This document shows positions 27,175 to 39,276 of a stretch of DNA of 64,000 nt, in pieces; position 1 is the first letter of the stretch; each line of letters starts with the position of its first letter. Position numbers and translations under genes: made by a program. Location of the stretch: contig OZ251539.1 of assembly GCA_965243135.1 (NCBI GenBank), positions 2,144,001-2,208,000 on the forward strand. The letters run 5' to 3'. The notes under the pieces are model-generated. The model was not told the DNA's origin. It saw nothing but the letters and a program-made list of their open reading frames with translations, and ran no database searches. This DNA is from Alphaproteobacteria bacterium (lineage in GTDB: Bacteria > Pseudomonadota > Alphaproteobacteria > MPNO01 > UBA830).

Positions 27175-28587
27175 ATGGCGGACGATGTGCAGAACGTGTT
27201 GGACATGATTGAAGAGCACAAGGCGAAGTTCGTGGACTTCCGCTTCACCGACCCGCGCGGGAAGTGGCAGCACACGGCGCAAGCCGTGCGCACGGTCGAC
27301 GAGGACATGCTGACCGACGGCATCATGTTCGACGGATCGTCGATCGCGGGCTGGAAGGACATCAACGAATCCGACATGACCCTCGTGCCCGATTGTTCGA
27401 CCGCCGTGCTCGACCCCTTTTCTGCCCAGGAGCAGATCATTCTCTTCTGCGACGTGATCGAGCCGAGCACGGGGCAGTCGTACAGCCGCGACCCGCGCTC
27501 GACGGCGAAACGGGCGGAAAACTACCTCTCTCAGACCGGCATCGGCGACAAGGCGCTCTTCGGTCCGGAGCCCGAGTTTTTCGTGTTCGACGACGTGCGC
27601 TTCGACGTATCGGCGAACAGGACCTTCTACGCCCTCGACGAAGAGGAAGGTCCTTACAACAGCGGGACCGAACTGGAGGGCGGCAACAGCGGCCACCGGC
27701 CCGCGACCAAGGGCGGATACTTCCCCGTCCCGCCGGTCGACTCCATGACGGATCTGCGCGCGGAAATGCTGACCGTCATGGAAGACATGGGCGTGGGCAC
27801 GGAAAAGCACCACCACGAAGTGGCGCCGAGCCAGAACGAACTCGGCATAGAGGGCGCGGAACTGCTCAAAACCGCCGACTGGGTGCAGATCTACAAGTAC
27901 TGCGTCCAGAACGTCGCCCATTCCTACGGCAAGACGGCGACCTTCATGCCGAAGCCGATCATCGGCGACAACGGATCCGGCATGCACGTCCACCAGTCGA
28001 TATGGAGGGACGGCGCTCCGTTGTTCGCGGGATCGAGCTACGCCGACCTGTCGGAGACCGCCCTGCACTACATCGGCGGCATCATCAGGCACGCCAAGGC
28101 GATCAACGCCTTCACGAACCCGACGACCAACAGCTACAAGCGGCTCATTCCCGGCTTCGAAGCGCCCGTGCTGCTCGCCTATTCGGCGCGGAACCGTTCG
28201 GCGTCCTGCCGCATCCCGTTCACTACGAGCCCGAAGGGCAAGCGGGTGGAAGTTCGTTTCCCCGACTGCACGGCCAACCCGTACTACGCCTTCGCGGCGA
28301 TGCTGATGGCCGGCCTCGATGGCATCCAGAACAAGATCCATCCCGGCGATCCCATGGACAAGAACCTCTACGACCTGCCGCCGGAAGAACTGCAGGACGT
28401 GCCCACCGTCTGCCACAGCCTGCGCGAAGCGCTGCAAGCCCTGGATTCCGACCGCGGCTTCCTGACGAAGGGCGACGTGTTTCCCGACGATCTGATCGAC
28501 GGATTCCTCAGCCTCAAGTGGGAAGAGGTCTACAGATTCGAGCACACGCCGCATCCCGTCGAATTCGAGATGTATTACAGCCTCTGA
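27175..28587 (+). CDS. glnA: Glutamine synthetase type I
   Basis: [43 protein letters not shown], adenylylation site NLYDLP. Confidence 0.98.
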   Translation: MADDVQNVLDMIEEHKAKFVDFRFTDPRGKWQHTAQAVRTVDEDMLTDGIMFDGSSIAGWKDINESDMTLVPDCSTAVLDPFSAQEQIILFCDVIEPSTGQSYSRDPRSTAKRAENYLSQTGIGDKALFGPEPEFFVFDDVRFDVSANRTFYALDEEEGPYNSGTELEGGNSGHRPATKGGYFPVPPVDSMTDLRAEMLTVMEDMGVGTEKHHHEVAPSQNELGIEGAELLKTADWVQIYKYCVQNVAHSYGKTATFMPKPIIGDNGSGMHVHQSIWRDGAPLFAGSSYADLSETALHYIGGIIRHAKAINAFTNPTTNSYKRLIPGFEAPVLLAYSARNRSASCRIPFTTSPKGKRVEVRFPDCTANPYYAFAAMLMAGLDGIQNKIHPGDPMDKNLYDLPPEELQDVPTVCHSLREALQALDSDRGFLTKGDVFPDDLIDGFLSLKWEEVYRFEHTPHPVEFEMYYSL

Positions 28588-28594
28588 CGCCCAA

Positions 28595-28620
28595 GGAGGC
28601 CGCTTCGGCGGCCTCCCCTT
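28595..28620 (+). terminator. Stem-loop after glnA
   Basis: GGAGGCCGC-TTCG-GCGGCCTCC (9-bp stem, cUUCGg loop); weak U-tract. Confidence 0.6.
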
Positions 28621-28997
28621 CCAAGCCGGCAGGCGCCGTCTTTTAGACCTGCCGATTCGCCGGGCGCGCGCCTCGCGGAGTATTTTTTCGGCGACTTCGC
28701 GTCGGCGCTTCGCGCTCCGCCGGCAACCCTTGCCGCGTTGAAGGCCGCCGCCGGAACCAGGCGAGCGCGCCTGGGCGGCCCGTCCCGCGGCGGAAATCGC
28801 CCTCGGCGCGCAAGGGCCTGCGAATCCCGGAAACAGCCCTGGACCTGTCCCGGCTTCGGCGCCGCGGCGCAACGCGGCGGCTCGGCAAAAAAACGTTTTG
28901 CCTCTCGCGATTTTATGGTATATCTCGGCCTTACGACCGTCAAAACTACATGATGATGTGGTGCGGGCGACGACGCCTTGCCTACACAACCGATGCC

Positions 28998-30974
28998 ATG
29001 GCCGATCTGTTCCAAAGTTCCGTCACGAACCAATACTCCGCAAGCGACATCGAGGTGCTCGAAGGTCTCGAGCCCGTGCGCAAACGCCCCGGAATGTACA
29101 TCGGAGGCACCGACGAACGGGCCATGCACCATCTCGCCGCCGAAATCCTCGACAACGCCATGGACGAAGCGGTCGCCGGCCACGCCAACCGCATCGAATT
29201 CGACCTCGCTGCCGACGGCCGCGTGACGGTGCGCGACAACGGCCGCGGAATACCCGTCGATCCCCACCCGAAGTTCAAGGACAAGTCGGCGCTCGAAGTG
29301 GTGCTGACGACCCTGCACTCCGGCGGAAAGTTCAACGGCGAAACCTACAAGACCTCCGGCGGCCTGCACGGAGTCGGCCTGTCCGTCGTCAACGCGCTCT
29401 CCGAGACCCTCGAAGTGGAAGTGGCGCGCGACCGGCTCCTCTGGACGCAGAGCTACGACAGGGGAAAGCCGCGGAGCGGACCGAAACAGGCCGGCAAGAC
29501 GAGCAACCGGCGCGGCACGCGCATCAGCTTCAGACCCGACCCGGAAATATTCGGCGACAAGGCGGCTTTCCGGGCGAAGGCCCTCTACGACATGGCGAAG
29601 GCCAAGGCGTACCTGTTCAAGGGCGTCCAGATTCGCTGGTCCTGCGCGCCGGCCCTCGCGGGAAGCGACGTTCCGGAAACGGCGACCTTGTGCTTTCCGG
29701 GCGGCCTGGCCGACTATCTGGAGACCGTGCTCGACGGCTGCCGAACGATAACCGAAGTGACGTTCGCCGGAGAAGCCGACCTCAACGGGGGCGACGGCCG
29801 GGCGGAATGGGCGTTCGCCTGGCCTGAAAACCGCGAGTCGGCGATCTCGTCCTACTGCAACACCATCCCCACCCCGGAAGGCGGGACGCACGAGAACGGC
29901 TTGCGCAACGCCCTCGCCCGCGGCCTCAAGACCTACGGAGAAATGGCGGGCAACAAGCGGGTGGCCATCGTGACCGGCGACGACGTTCTCGGCTGCGCGA
30001 TCGGGATTCTGTCGGTCTTCGTCTCCGACCCCGAGTTCCAGGGGCAGACCAAGGAACGGCTGTCGTCCCCCGGCGTCGCGCGGCTGGTCGAGAGTTCCGT
30101 CCGCGACCATTTCGAGCATTTCCTCACCGGCAACCCGAAGGCGGCCGACGAATTGCTCGAGCACGTGCTGGAACGCGCCGAAGAGCGGCTTCGGCGCAAG
30201 AAGGATCGCGAGCTCGCGCGGAAGACCCCGACCCGCAAGGTTCGCCTGCCCGGCAAGCTCGCGGACTGCGCCTCCGGCGCGGCGGACGGCACGGAGATAT
30301 TCCTCGTCGAAGGCGATTCCGCCGGCGGATCCGCCAAGCAGGCGCGCGACCGCAAGACGCAGGCCATCTTGCCTTTGCGCGGCAAGATCCTCAACGTCGC
30401 GAGCGCGACCCAGGACAAGATGAGAGCCAACCAGGAAATCGCCGACCTGATCCAGGCGCTCGGATGCGGTTACGGAACGGCCTTCGACCTCGACAGGTTG
30501 CGCTACGAGCGCGTGATCATCATGACGGACGCGGATGTCGACGGCGCGCACATCGCGTCGCTTCTCATGACGTTTTTCTTTCGGGAAATGCCGCGCCTGG
30601 TCGAGAACGGCAGCCTTTACCTCGCCATGCCGCCGCTGTACCGCATTTCCCAGAAGGGCAAGGTCGTCTACGCGCGCGACGACCCCCACAAGGAAGAGCT
30701 TCTGGCGACGGAGTTCGACGCCCGCGGAAAGATCGACGTCAGCAGGTTCAAGGGCCTCGGCGAAATGCCGCCCGGGCAACTCAAGGAAACCACGATGAAT
30801 CCCGAAACCCGAACCCTCTTGAAGATCGTGCTTCCGGAAGAAGAGAAGCCGTCGACCGCGAACGGCGCCGACGGCACCGCCGGCCTCGTGGAGCGCCTGA
30901 TGGGACGGAAGCCCGAGGCCCGCCTGAAATTCATTCAACAACGCGCGGAAACGGTCGAATATGTCGACATCTGA
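28998..30974 (+). CDS. parE: DNA topoisomerase IV subunit B
   Basis: EGLEPVRKRPGMYIGGTD, EILDNAMDEA, GGLHGVG, EGDSAGG, PLRGKILN, IMTDADVDG; lacks the proteobacterial GyrB insertion. Confidence 0.92.
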   Translation: MADLFQSSVTNQYSASDIEVLEGLEPVRKRPGMYIGGTDERAMHHLAAEILDNAMDEAVAGHANRIEFDLAADGRVTVRDNGRGIPVDPHPKFKDKSALEVVLTTLHSGGKFNGETYKTSGGLHGVGLSVVNALSETLEVEVARDRLLWTQSYDRGKPRSGPKQAGKTSNRRGTRISFRPDPEIFGDKAAFRAKALYDMAKAKAYLFKGVQIRWSCAPALAGSDVPETATLCFPGGLADYLETVLDGCRTITEVTFAGEADLNGGDGRAEWAFAWPENRESAISSYCNTIPTPEGGTHENGLRNALARGLKTYGEMAGNKRVAIVTGDDVLGCAIGILSVFVSDPEFQGQTKERLSSPGVARLVESSVRDHFEHFLTGNPKAADELLEHVLERAEERLRRKKDRELARKTPTRKVRLPGKLADCASGAADGTEIFLVEGDSAGGSAKQARDRKTQAILPLRGKILNVASATQDKMRANQEIADLIQALGCGYGTAFDLDRLRYERVIIMTDADVDGAHIASLLMTFFFREMPRLVENGSLYLAMPPLYRISQKGKVVYARDDPHKEELLATEFDARGKIDVSRFKGLGEMPPGQLKETTMNPETRTLLKIVLPEEEKPSTANGADGTAGLVERLMGRKPEARLKFIQQRAETVEYVDI

Positions 30975-31045
30975 ACCGGCGGCGGCGGCGTGACCGCCCG
31001 GAAATCCCGCGCGCCGGAGGGCGCGCCCGCCGGGCTTCGCCGGCG

Positions 31046-31465
31046 ATGACCCTGCACCTCGTCAAGCTGGCGGTGGGCATCGACGACGTCTCGATGCTGG
31101 CGGAGCGCCAGGACCGCCGGCTGGAGGAAGCGCGGGCGAACGGACGGCCCGTGCGTCATCTCACCCGATCCATGCCGCGCCGCGCGGACGAAATCATGGA
31201 CGGCGGGTCGATCTACTGGGTGATCAGGCGGGCGGTGCGAGCCCGCCAGAGGATCCTCGGCATCGAGAGGACGGTCAACGACCGCGGGCAGCCTCGCTGC
31301 GCCATCGTTCTCGACAGGGAAATCGTTCCCGTGGAAGCGAGGCCCTGCCGACCGTTTCAAGGATGGCGATATCTGGAAAGCGCGCCGCCCGACAGCGCCC
31401 GGGCGAACGGCGACGTCCTGCCCGAAGACATGGCGAAGGAACTCAGGAGCCTCGGACTGCTCTGA
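31046..31465 (+). CDS. DUF1489 family protein
   Basis: MTLHLVKLAVG..HLTRSMPRR..GGSIYWVI..RPFQGWRYL..LRSLGLL. Confidence 0.85.
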   Translation: MTLHLVKLAVGIDDVSMLAERQDRRLEEARANGRPVRHLTRSMPRRADEIMDGGSIYWVIRRAVRARQRILGIERTVNDRGQPRCAIVLDREIVPVEARPCRPFQGWRYLESAPPDSARANGDVLPEDMAKELRSLGLL

Positions 31466-31473
31466 CCGGCCGG

Positions 31474-31899
31474 CTATTCCTCCTCGACGACGTCGTCGTC
31501 GGTCTCGACCGGCCCCGAATCCAGACCCTTCGCGTCCCTGTCCCGGTCCACGAGTTCGACGAAGGCCATCGGCGCGGAATCTCCGTAGCGGAACCCCGCC
31601 TTCCGGACCCGCGTGTAGCCGCCGGGCCGCTCGCGGTACCGGTCCGCGAGCGTGGTGAACAACTTGTTCGCGAGATCCCGGTCGCCGTGCAGGCGCGACA
31701 CCGCCAGACGGCGGGCGTGAAGATCCCCGCGCTTGCCGAGGGTAATGAGCTTGTCGACGATCGGGCGCAGTTCCTTCGCCTTGGGAAGCGTCGTCTTGAC
31801 CTGCTCGTGCTTGATGAGCGCCGCCGCCATGTTCCCGAACATCGCCTTGCGGTGGGCGCTCGTGCGGTTCAGCTTGCGGCCGCCGACACGGTGACGCAT
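31474..31899 (-). CDS. rplQ: 50S ribosomal protein L17
   Basis: [37 protein letters not shown]. Confidence 0.97.
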   Translation of the reverse strand: MRHRVGGRKLNRTSAHRKAMFGNMAAALIKHEQVKTTLPKAKELRPIVDKLITLGKRGDLHARRLAVSRLHGDRDLANKLFTTLADRYRERPGGYTRVRKAGFRYGDSAPMAFVELVDRDRDAKGLDSGPVETDDDVVEEE

Positions 31900-31921
31900 C
31901 GTCTCTCGTCCTCCTCGAGGG

Positions 31922-32935
31922 TCAGTAGGGCTCGTCGAGGCTTCTGACCATGTCCTCGATGTTCTCGGGCGGCCAGTCTCCAACGTCCATGCCCAGTTGG
32001 AGCCCCATCTTGGCAAGCTCGTCCTTGATCTCGTTGAGCGACTTGCGCCCGAAATTCGGCGTCCGCATCATGTCGTTCTCGGTCTTCTGCACGAGATCGC
32101 CGATATAGATGATGTTGTCGTTCTTGAGGCAGTTCGCCGAACGAACCGAGAGCTCCATCTCCTCCACCTTCCGCAGAAGGTGCCGGTTGAGCGCGGCCTC
32201 GTCCGTCTCGGGCGTGCGCTCGACGGCTTCCGGCTCCTGGGAGCTGCCGAACAGCTTCAACTGGTCCTGGAGGATGCGGGCGGCCTTCGCGACCGCGTTT
32301 TCCGGCGTGACGGTGCCGTCCGTCTCGATCTCCATGATCAGCTTGTCGAGGTCCGTGCGTTGCCCGACGCGGGCGTCGTCGATCCGGTAGGCCACCCGGC
32401 GAACGGGGCTGAACAAGGCATCGACGGGCAACAGCCCGATCGGCGCGTCCTCCTCCCGGCCCTCGTCCGCCTGCACGTAGCCCTTGCCGCTCTCCACCGT
32501 GATTTCCATCGAGATCTTGGCGCCCTTGTCGAGCGTGCAGATGACCACGTCCGGATCGATGATTTCTATGTCGTGGGGCGCCTGGATCATGCCGGCGGTG
32601 ACCGAGCCCGATTCGTTCGCGGAAAGCATCATGCGTCCGCGGCCCTCGCCGTGCTTGCGCAGCGCAAGCGACTTGAGGTTCAGGACGATATCCGTCACGT
32701 CCTCGCGGACGCCGTCGATCGAGGAGAATTCGTGAAGCACGCCGTCGATCTGAACGGCGGTGACGGCCGCGCCTTCGAGCGACGACAGCAGCACGCGGCG
32801 CAGCGCGTTGCCGAGCGTCATGCCGAACCCGCTCTCGAGCGGCTCCGCGGTGATCGTCGCCCGCCGCGTCGGCTCCTCGCTCGACTGAACGACGAGAGAC
32901 GCCGGTAGTTCCTGCCAGTTCTTTGTGCTGACCAT
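31922..32935 (-). CDS. rpoA: RNA polymerase alpha subunit
   Basis: [47 protein letters not shown]. Confidence 0.97.
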   Translation of the reverse strand: MVSTKNWQELPASLVVQSSEEPTRRATITAEPLESGFGMTLGNALRRVLLSSLEGAAVTAVQIDGVLHEFSSIDGVREDVTDIVLNLKSLALRKHGEGRGRMMLSANESGSVTAGMIQAPHDIEIIDPDVVICTLDKGAKISMEITVESGKGYVQADEGREEDAPIGLLPVDALFSPVRRVAYRIDDARVGQRTDLDKLIMEIETDGTVTPENAVAKAARILQDQLKLFGSSQEPEAVERTPETDEAALNRHLLRKVEEMELSVRSANCLKNDNIIYIGDLVQKTENDMMRTPNFGRKSLNEIKDELAKMGLQLGMDVGDWPPENIEDMVRSLDEPY

Positions 32936-32988
32936 AGTTCCTCTGTCCTCGCGCGGCAAAGTCCGCAAAACGTTTCGTCGGCGCGTCC

Positions 32989-33381
32989 TCAGACGCGGCG
33001 CCGCTTCCTGGGCCTGCACCCGTTATGCGGTATGGGAGTCACGTCGCGTATGGCGGTGATCGTGAAGCCGATGGCCTGGAGCGCCCGAAGGGCGGACTCC
33101 CGGCCCGATCCGGGTCCCTTGACCTCCACCGCGAGCGTCTTCATTCCGTGCTCCTGCGCTTTCCGGCCCACGTCCTCGCCCGCCATCTGGGCCGCGTAGG
33201 GCGTCGATTTGCGCGACCCCTTGAAGCCCTGCGAACCCGCGGACGACCAGGCGATCACGTTGCCCTGCGCATCGGAGATCGTGATCATCGTGTTGTTGAA
33301 AGTCGCGCTCACGTGCGCCACGCCGGAAGTAATGTTCTTCCTCTCGCGCCTGCGGACGCGAGCCTGCGTCTGTCTCGCCAT
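32989..33381 (-). CDS. rpsK: 30S ribosomal protein S11
   Basis: [33 protein letters not shown]. Confidence 0.97.
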   Translation of the reverse strand: MARQTQARVRRRERKNITSGVAHVSATFNNTMITISDAQGNVIAWSSAGSQGFKGSRKSTPYAAQMAGEDVGRKAQEHGMKTLAVEVKGPGSGRESALRALQAIGFTITAIRDVTPIPHNGCRPRKRRRV

Positions 33382-33395
33382 GAATTCTCTCCGGG

Positions 33396-33758
33396 CTACT
33401 TCTTGCCGGCGATCGGCCGCGCCTTGCCCTTGCGGGTGCGCGCATTGGTATGCGTGCGCTGGCCGCGCACCGGCAGGCCGCGGCGATGGCGCAGTCCCCG
33501 ATAGCAACCGAGGTCCATCAGTCGCTTGATGTTCATCGCCGTCTCGCGGCGAAGATCTCCTTCTATCACGCAATCGCGGTCGATGACTTCGCGAAGCCTC
33601 GCGATTTCGGCGTCGCCGAGGTCGTTCGCGCGAACGTCGCCGGCGACGTTGGCGCGCTCGCAAATCCGGGCGGCCGTCGCCCGGCCGATGCCGTAGATGT
33701 AGGTAAGCGCGACCGCGACCGGTCGATTGGGCAGGTTCACCCCCGATATGCGCGCCAC
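33396..33758 (-). CDS. rpsM: 30S ribosomal protein S13
   Basis: [44 protein letters not shown]. Confidence 0.97.
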   Translation of the reverse strand: MARISGVNLPNRPVAVALTYIYGIGRATAARICERANVAGDVRANDLGDAEIARLREVIDRDCVIEGDLRRETAMNIKRLMDLGCYRGLRHRRGLPVRGQRTHTNARTRKGKARPIAGKK

Positions 33759-33812
33759 GACGCAATCTCCCCGTCTGTCAGAATTTCCGAAAAAAGGCGA
33801 CCAGCCGACGGC

Positions 33813-33840
33813 AATATAGCGAACGCGCGGCGCTTGTCAA
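33813..33840 (-). promoter_or_regulatory. Sigma70 promoter of the alpha operon (rpsM)
   Basis: TTGACA-N16-TATATT on the minus strand, overlapping the adk stop. Confidence 0.6.
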
Positions 33841-34493
33841 GCATCGACTTTCTCCAGCGCGGCTTCGATCTGCCGGGTCACCTCGTCGATTCCGGCCATG
33901 CCGTCCACCGAGACGAGCGTTCCGCGGCCGCGGTAATACGGCAGCAACGGCGCGGTTCGCTCGTGATACGCCGCCAGCCGGGCGGTCACCGTCCGTTCGT
34001 TGTCGTCTTCGCGCCGCAGGAATTCCGTCCCGCCGCAGGCGTCGCAAACCCCGGCCTTCGCCGGGGGCTGGAACTTGTCGTGGTATCCCGCGCCGCACGC
34101 GGCGCAGCTGTAGCGCCCGGCGATCCGTTCGACCATCGCGTCGTCGTCCACCTCCATCTCGACGACGCGGTCGAGACCGGCGCCCGCCTCCCCGAGCATG
34201 GCGTCCAGCGCCTCCGCCTGCGCCACGGTGCGCGGAAACCCGTCGAGAACGAACCCGCGGGCGCAGTCGGGCCGCCGGATGCGCTGCCGGATCATGTCGA
34301 TCATCACGTCGTCCGGCACGAGATCGCCGCGCTCCATGATCGCCTTCACGCGCGCGCCGATGCCGTCGCCCGCGGCGACGGCGCCGCGGAGCATGTCGCC
34401 CGTCGAAAGCTGGATCAGCCCGCGGCGCTCCTCCAGCCGCTTCGCCTGCGTGCCCTTGCCGGCGCCGGGCGGACCGAGAATGATCAACTTCAT
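33837..34493 (-). CDS. adk: Adenylate kinase (Zn-binding LID)
   Basis: GPPGAGKGTQ, STGDMLR, LDGFPRT, CAACG..CDACG, RREDD. Confidence 0.96.
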   Translation of the reverse strand: MKLIILGPPGAGKGTQAKRLEERRGLIQLSTGDMLRGAVAAGDGIGARVKAIMERGDLVPDDVMIDMIRQRIRRPDCARGFVLDGFPRTVAQAEALDAMLGEAGAGLDRVVEMEVDDDAMVERIAGRYSCAACGAGYHDKFQPPAKAGVCDACGGTEFLRREDDNERTVTARLAAYHERTAPLLPYYRGRGTLVSVDGMAGIDEVTRQIEAALEKVDA

Positions 34494-35833
34494 CCGCGCC
34501 GTCCCCGCAACCGGGACTTGCGGACGAGGCCCTCGTACTGATGGGCGATCAGGTGCGACTGCACCTGCGCGACGGTGTCCATGGTGACGGTGACCACGAT
34601 GAGCAGGCTCGTTCCCCCGAAATAAAACGGCACGGCGTACTGCGAGATCAGGATCTCCGGCATGATGCTGATCGCCGTCAGGTACGCCGCCCCCACCACG
34701 GTCAGGCGGGTCAGGACGTGATCCAGATATTCCGCCGTGTTCCGACCCGGCCGTATGCCGGGAATGAAGCCGCCGTACTTTCGAAGGTTGTCGGCCGTTT
34801 CCGTCGGGTTGAAGACGACCGACGTGTAGAAAAAGGCGAAGAACACGATCAGCGCGGCGTAGATCAGCAGATAGCCCGGCTGCCCGCGCCCCAGGAAGGC
34901 GGTGACGGCGCCCAGCCATTCCGGCCCCGCGTTGGCCGAAAAGCTCGCGACGGTGATGGGAAGCAGCAGCAGGGAGCTCGCGAATATCGGCGGGATGACG
35001 CCGGCCGTGTTCACCTTGAGCGGGATGTGCGAACTCTCGCCGCCGAACATCTTGTTGCCCTGCTGGCGCTTCGGATACTGCACGACGACGCGGCGCTGCG
35101 CGCGCTCGACGAAGACGATGAACGTGATCACGGCGACCGCGAACACCAGCAGGAACAGGATCACCACCGCCGACAGGGCGCCGGTGCGGCCGAGTTCGAG
35201 CGTGCCCGCCAAGGCCGCCGGAAGGTTGGCGACGATGCCGGCGAAGATGATGAGCGAAATTCCGTTGCCCACGCCGCGCGCCGTGATCTGCTCGCCGAGC
35301 CACATCAGGAAGATGGTGCCGCCGACCAGCGTGATGACCGTGGTCGCCCGGAAGAAGGCGCCGGGATCCGCGACCGCGGACCCTTGCGAACCGGTCATGC
35401 CCTCCAGCCCGACCGCGATGCCGTAAGCCTGGAGCGCGGCGAGCAGCACCGTCCCGTAGCGGGTGTACTGGTTGAGTTTCTTGCGGCCGACCTCGCCCTC
35501 CTTCTTGAGCGCCTCGAAATGAGGGTGGATGGCCTGCAGCAGCTGCATGATGATCGCCGCCGAAATGTACGGCATGATGTTGAGCGCGAAAATCGTCATG
35601 CGGCCGAACGCGCCGCCGGCGAACATGTCGAACATGCCGAGGATTCCGCCGGCCTGCTGCCGGAAGATGTCCTCCAGAATGGTCGGATCGATGCCGGGCA
35701 GCGGAATCCAGGTGCCGAGCCGGTAGACGATCAGCGCGCCCAGCGTGAACCAGATGCGCTTCTTGAGCTCGGTCGCCTTCGCCAGGTTGGAGAAGCTGAT
35801 CTGGGAAGCGAGTTGTTCGGCGGCGGACGCCAT
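34490..35833 (-). CDS. secY: Preprotein translocase SecY
   Basis: IFALNIMPYISA, WLGEQITARGVGNGISL, AGVIPPIFASS, FIPGIRPG, FGGTSLLI. Confidence 0.98.
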   Translation of the reverse strand: MASAAEQLASQISFSNLAKATELKKRIWFTLGALIVYRLGTWIPLPGIDPTILEDIFRQQAGGILGMFDMFAGGAFGRMTIFALNIMPYISAAIIMQLLQAIHPHFEALKKEGEVGRKKLNQYTRYGTVLLAALQAYGIAVGLEGMTGSQGSAVADPGAFFRATTVITLVGGTIFLMWLGEQITARGVGNGISLIIFAGIVANLPAALAGTLELGRTGALSAVVILFLLVFAVAVITFIVFVERAQRRVVVQYPKRQQGNKMFGGESSHIPLKVNTAGVIPPIFASSLLLLPITVASFSANAGPEWLGAVTAFLGRGQPGYLLIYAALIVFFAFFYTSVVFNPTETADNLRKYGGFIPGIRPGRNTAEYLDHVLTRLTVVGAAYLTAISIMPEILISQYAVPFYFGGTSLLIVVTVTMDTVAQVQSHLIAHQYEGLVRKSRLRGRRG

Positions 35834-35836
35834 GGA

Positions 35837-36319
35837 TCAGTCTCCGGCGGCGTTCTCTTGCGGCTTCGCCGTCGCGACCGTGCCGCCAGCCTTTTCGATC
35901 GCCGCGACCGCGGACCGCGAGGCGCCGGTCACTTCGACCGCCAGGGAGACCCCGATCTCGCCTTTCGCCAGCAGCCGCACTCCGTCCCGAACCGACTTGA
36001 TCACGCCGGCCTCGACCAGAGCGCTTTCGGTCACCGGAGCGCTCGCGTCCAGCCGTCCCGCGTCCACCGCCTGCTGAAGGCGGCCGACGTTGACCACGCG
36101 GTACTTCTTCCGGAAGACGTTGTTGAAGCCGCCTTTCGGCAAGCGGCGATGCAGCGGCATCTGACCGCCCTCGAAGCCCAGCAGCGAAACGCCGCTCCGC
36201 GACTTCTGGCCCTTGTGCCCGCGCGACGCGGTCTTGCCGGTGCCGGATCCGATCCCGCGGCCGACGCGCTTGCGCTGCGCGCGCGCGCCCCGATTGTCGG
36301 AAAGTTCGTTCAGTTGCAT
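35837..36319 (-). CDS. rplO: 50S ribosomal protein L15
   Basis: [35 protein letters not shown]. Confidence 0.96.
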   Translation of the reverse strand: MQLNELSDNRGARAQRKRVGRGIGSGTGKTASRGHKGQKSRSGVSLLGFEGGQMPLHRRLPKGGFNNVFRKKYRVVNVGRLQQAVDAGRLDASAPVTESALVEAGVIKSVRDGVRLLAKGEIGVSLAVEVTGASRSAVAAIEKAGGTVATAKPQENAAGD

Positions 36320-36348
36320 TCGGAGACTCCCGCGCCGCGGCGCCTTGT

Positions 36349-36543
36349 TCACTCTCGCCCGTCTTCGACGCGGACGAGATGCTTGACCTTTTCGATCATG
36401 CCCCTGATCGCCGGGGTGTCCTCGAGCGTCCGCGTTCGGTTGAGCTTGTCGAGCCCGAGGCCGGCAAGCGTGGCCCGCTGGTCCTTCGGCCGCCCGATCG
36501 GGCTGCGGATCTGCGTGACCCGCACCGTCTTCCCGTCCGACAT
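36349..36543 (-). CDS. rpmD: 50S ribosomal protein L30
   Basis: [22 protein letters not shown]. Confidence 0.95.
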   Translation of the reverse strand: MSDGKTVRVTQIRSPIGRPKDQRATLAGLGLDKLNRTRTLEDTPAIRGMIEKVKHLVRVEDGRE

Positions 36544-36546
36544 TCG

Positions 36547-37086
36547 CTACGCCTCCGCCTTCTCTTCCTCGCGCCGGCCGAAGATCTCGGAGACCTTGCG
36601 GCCGCGGCGGCTCGCGACGTTCCGCGGCGACTGCAGGACCCGCAGCGCCTGGAAAGTCGCCTTGACCATGTTGTGGGGGTTCTGCGTGCCGATCGACTTG
36701 GCCACGATGTCCTTGACGCCCAGCGACTCGAAGACCGCGCGCATGGGACCGCCCGCGATGATGCCCGTGCCCGGCGGCGCGGACCGCAGCACCACCTTGC
36801 CGGCGCCGTATCGTCCGCGAATGTCGTGATGCAGCGTCCGTCCCTCGCGCAGAGGCACGCGGATCATGTTGCGCTTGGCTTTCTCGGTGCCCTTGCGGAT
36901 CGCCTCGGGCACCTCGCGCGCCTTGCCGGATCCGAAACCCACGCGCCCCTTCTGGTCGCCGACCACGACGAGCGCCGCGAAGCCGAACCGGCGTCCGCCC
37001 TTCACCACTTTCGCGACGCGGTTGATGCTGACCAGTTTGTCGGTCAGGTCGCTCTGTTCGTCCCGCTCGTCCCGCCTGCGCGCCAT
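36547..37086 (-). CDS. rpsE: 30S ribosomal protein S5
   Basis: [32 protein letters not shown]. Confidence 0.97.
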   Translation of the reverse strand: MARRRDERDEQSDLTDKLVSINRVAKVVKGGRRFGFAALVVVGDQKGRVGFGSGKAREVPEAIRKGTEKAKRNMIRVPLREGRTLHHDIRGRYGAGKVVLRSAPPGTGIIAGGPMRAVFESLGVKDIVAKSIGTQNPHNMVKATFQALRVLQSPRNVASRRGRKVSEIFGRREEEKAEA

Positions 37087-37097
37087 CCGTCGCTCCC

Positions 37098-37448
37098 CTA
37101 GAAAATCAGCCCGCCTTCGCGCGCCGCCTCGGCCAGCGCCTTGACGCGGCCGTGATACAGATACGGGCCGCGATCGAACACGACCTCCGTCACCCCCTTT
37201 TCGACCGCCCGCTGGGCGACGAGGCGGCCGACCGCCGCCGCCGCTTCGCGATTGGCCCCGCCTTCCAGACTCTTTTCGAGATTGGACGCGAACGCAACCG
37301 TCTCGCCCTTCGAATCGTCGATGACCTGAGCGTAGATGTAGCGGTTCGACCTGAATACCGAAAGCCGCAACCGGCCGCTCGCGTTGCGCGCGATGCGCCG
37401 CCGCACCCGGGCGCCGCGCCGGGCCTTCAGCTCGTGTTCCCTTGCCAT
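37098..37448 (-). CDS. rplR: 50S ribosomal protein L18
   Basis: [33 protein letters not shown]. Confidence 0.96.
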   Translation of the reverse strand: MAREHELKARRGARVRRRIARNASGRLRLSVFRSNRYIYAQVIDDSKGETVAFASNLEKSLEGGANREAAAAVGRLVAQRAVEKGVTEVVFDRGPYLYHGRVKALAEAAREGGLIF

Positions 37449-37449
37449 C

Positions 37450-37983
37450 CTACTTCTTCTTGCCTTCCTTGCGCAGCACGAACTCGTCCAGATAACGGAC
37501 TCCCTTGCCCTTGTACGGCTCCGGCTTGCGAAAACCGCGGATCTCGGCTGCGACCTGTCCGACCTTCTGGCGGTCGGCGCCCGTGACCACGACCTCCGTC
37601 TGGCTCGGCGCGTCGATGCCGATCCCTTCCGGCGCCGGGTAAAGGATTTCGTGGCTGTAGCCGAGCTGCAGCGCGAGGGTCCCGCCGCGCATCTGCGCCC
37701 GGTACCCGACGCCGACCAGTTGAAGCCGCCGCTCGAATCCCCGGGACACGCCCACGACGAGGTTGTCGACGAGGCTGCGCGTGGTGCCCCACATGGTGCG
37801 CGAGCGCTTGGACTCGCCGATCGGCCTGACCTTCAGGAGGTTGTCCTCGCGCGTCACGTTCACCGCCTCGTCATGGTCCATCGACAACTCGCCCAGCCGT
37901 CCCTTGGCGGTGATCGTCCGTCCTTCGATCCGGACGTCGACTCCCTCGGGTATCTCGACGGGCGCCAGCCCCACTCGCGACAT
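37450..37983 (-). CDS. rplF: 50S ribosomal protein L6
   Basis: [27 protein letters not shown]. Confidence 0.97.
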   Translation of the reverse strand: MSRVGLAPVEIPEGVDVRIEGRTITAKGRLGELSMDHDEAVNVTREDNLLKVRPIGESKRSRTMWGTTRSLVDNLVVGVSRGFERRLQLVGVGYRAQMRGGTLALQLGYSHEILYPAPEGIGIDAPSQTEVVVTGADRQKVGQVAAEIRGFRKPEPYKGKGVRYLDEFVLRKEGKKK

Positions 37984-38001
37984 GGCTATTCTCCCGGTCC
38001 G

Positions 38002-38400
38002 CTAGAAGACATCGCAGATGACCTCGCCGCCGACGTTGGCGGCGCGCGCCTCGCTGTCCGACATGACCCCGCTGGGCGTCGACAGGATGGAAATCCCGAG
38101 CCCGTTATAGACCCGCGGCAGATCGCGGATCTTCGAATACACCCTGCGGCCCGGCTTCGAGACGCGCTGAATGTGACGGATGACCGGCGCGCCTTCGTGG
38201 TACTTGAGCTCGATCCGCACCTGGTTGATTCCCGGCCTGATCTGCTCGGTCTGGTAGCCGCGGATATAGCCTTCGCGCTTCAGGACGTCGAGGACGTTGA
38301 CGCGGAGTTTCGAACTCGGCGACGTCACGGCCGACTTGCTGGCCCGCTGGCCGTTGCGAATGCGGGTCAGGAGATCGCCGATGGGATCCGTCATGCTCAT
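38002..38400 (-). CDS. rpsH: 30S ribosomal protein S8
   Basis: [29 protein letters not shown]. Confidence 0.97.
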   Translation of the reverse strand: MSMTDPIGDLLTRIRNGQRASKSAVTSPSSKLRVNVLDVLKREGYIRGYQTEQIRPGINQVRIELKYHEGAPVIRHIQRVSKPGRRVYSKIRDLPRVYNGLGISILSTPSGVMSDSEARAANVGGEVICDVF

Positions 38401-38407
38401 CGCCGCC

Positions 38408-38713
38408 TCACCAGCTCGATTTCACCATCCCCGGAATCTGTCCGGAGGACGCCAGTTCCCGCAGCGCGATGCGGGACATCTTGAACTTCCGGTAGACGCC
38501 CCTCGGCCGTCCGGTGATCCCGCAGCGGTTGCGCAAGCGCACCGCCGCCGAGTTCCGCGGCAGTTCGGACAGCTTCAGGCGAGCCTGAAAGCGCTCCTCC
38601 ATGGGCCGGTCGCGATCGTTGGCGATTTCCTTCAGCCGCTGGCGCTTGGCGCGAAGCCTGGCCGCCATGCGGCGGCGCTTGCCGTCCCGCTCGATGACGC
38701 TTTTCTTGGCCAT
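38408..38713 (-). CDS. rpsN: 30S ribosomal protein S14 (long, Zn-free form)
   Basis: [30 protein letters not shown]. Confidence 0.96.
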   Translation of the reverse strand: MAKKSVIERDGKRRRMAARLRAKRQRLKEIANDRDRPMEERFQARLKLSELPRNSAAVRLRNRCGITGRPRGVYRKFKMSRIALRELASSGQIPGMVKSSW

Positions 38714-38720
38714 GCAATCC

Positions 38721-39266
38721 TCACTGTTCCGTGAACGGAAAATTGAAACCCTTAAGCAGCGCGCGCGCCGGCTCGTCCGAGTCGGCGGTCGTGCACACGA
38801 CGATGTCCATCCCCCGGAACTCGTCGACAGAGTCGTAGTCGATCTCGGGGAAGACGATCTGTTCGCGGATGCCCATCGCGTAGTTGCCGCGGCCGTCGAA
38901 GCTGTTCGGAGAAAGCCCGCGGAAATCGCGGACCCGCGGCAGCGCGACGTTGACGAGCCGGTCGACGAACTCGTACATGCGTTCGCGGCGCAAGGTCGCC
39001 TTGACGCCGATCGGCATTCCCTGGCGCAGCTTGAACGTCGCGACGGACCGCCGGGCGCGGATGACGATCGGCTTCTGGCCGGCGATGGCGGCCATGTCGC
39101 GCGCCGCGTTGTCGACCTTCTTGGAATCGCCCACGGCGCCGCCGACCCCCATGTTCAGCACGACCTTGTCCAGACGCGGCACCCGCATCGGGTTCTCGTA
39201 GCCGAACCGCTCCTGCAGCGCGCCGCGCAGCTCGGTTTCGTAAACCTGTCGCAATCGGGCCGTCAT
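38721..39266 (-). CDS. rplE: 50S ribosomal protein L5
   Basis: [39 protein letters not shown]. Confidence 0.97.
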   Translation of the reverse strand: MTARLRQVYETELRGALQERFGYENPMRVPRLDKVVLNMGVGGAVGDSKKVDNAARDMAAIAGQKPIVIRARRSVATFKLRQGMPIGVKATLRRERMYEFVDRLVNVALPRVRDFRGLSPNSFDGRGNYAMGIREQIVFPEIDYDSVDEFRGMDIVVCTTADSDEPARALLKGFNFPFTEQ

Positions 39267-39276
39267 CGCGCGCTCC

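Noticed and set aside
28998-30974. Possible gyrB call
   Set aside because: Length (~658 aa), absence of the GyrB insertion and the sequence style fit ParE.
31474-35833. Absence of rpsD, rpmJ, infA and map from the alpha/spc region
   Set aside because: Normal gene order for Alphaproteobacteria.
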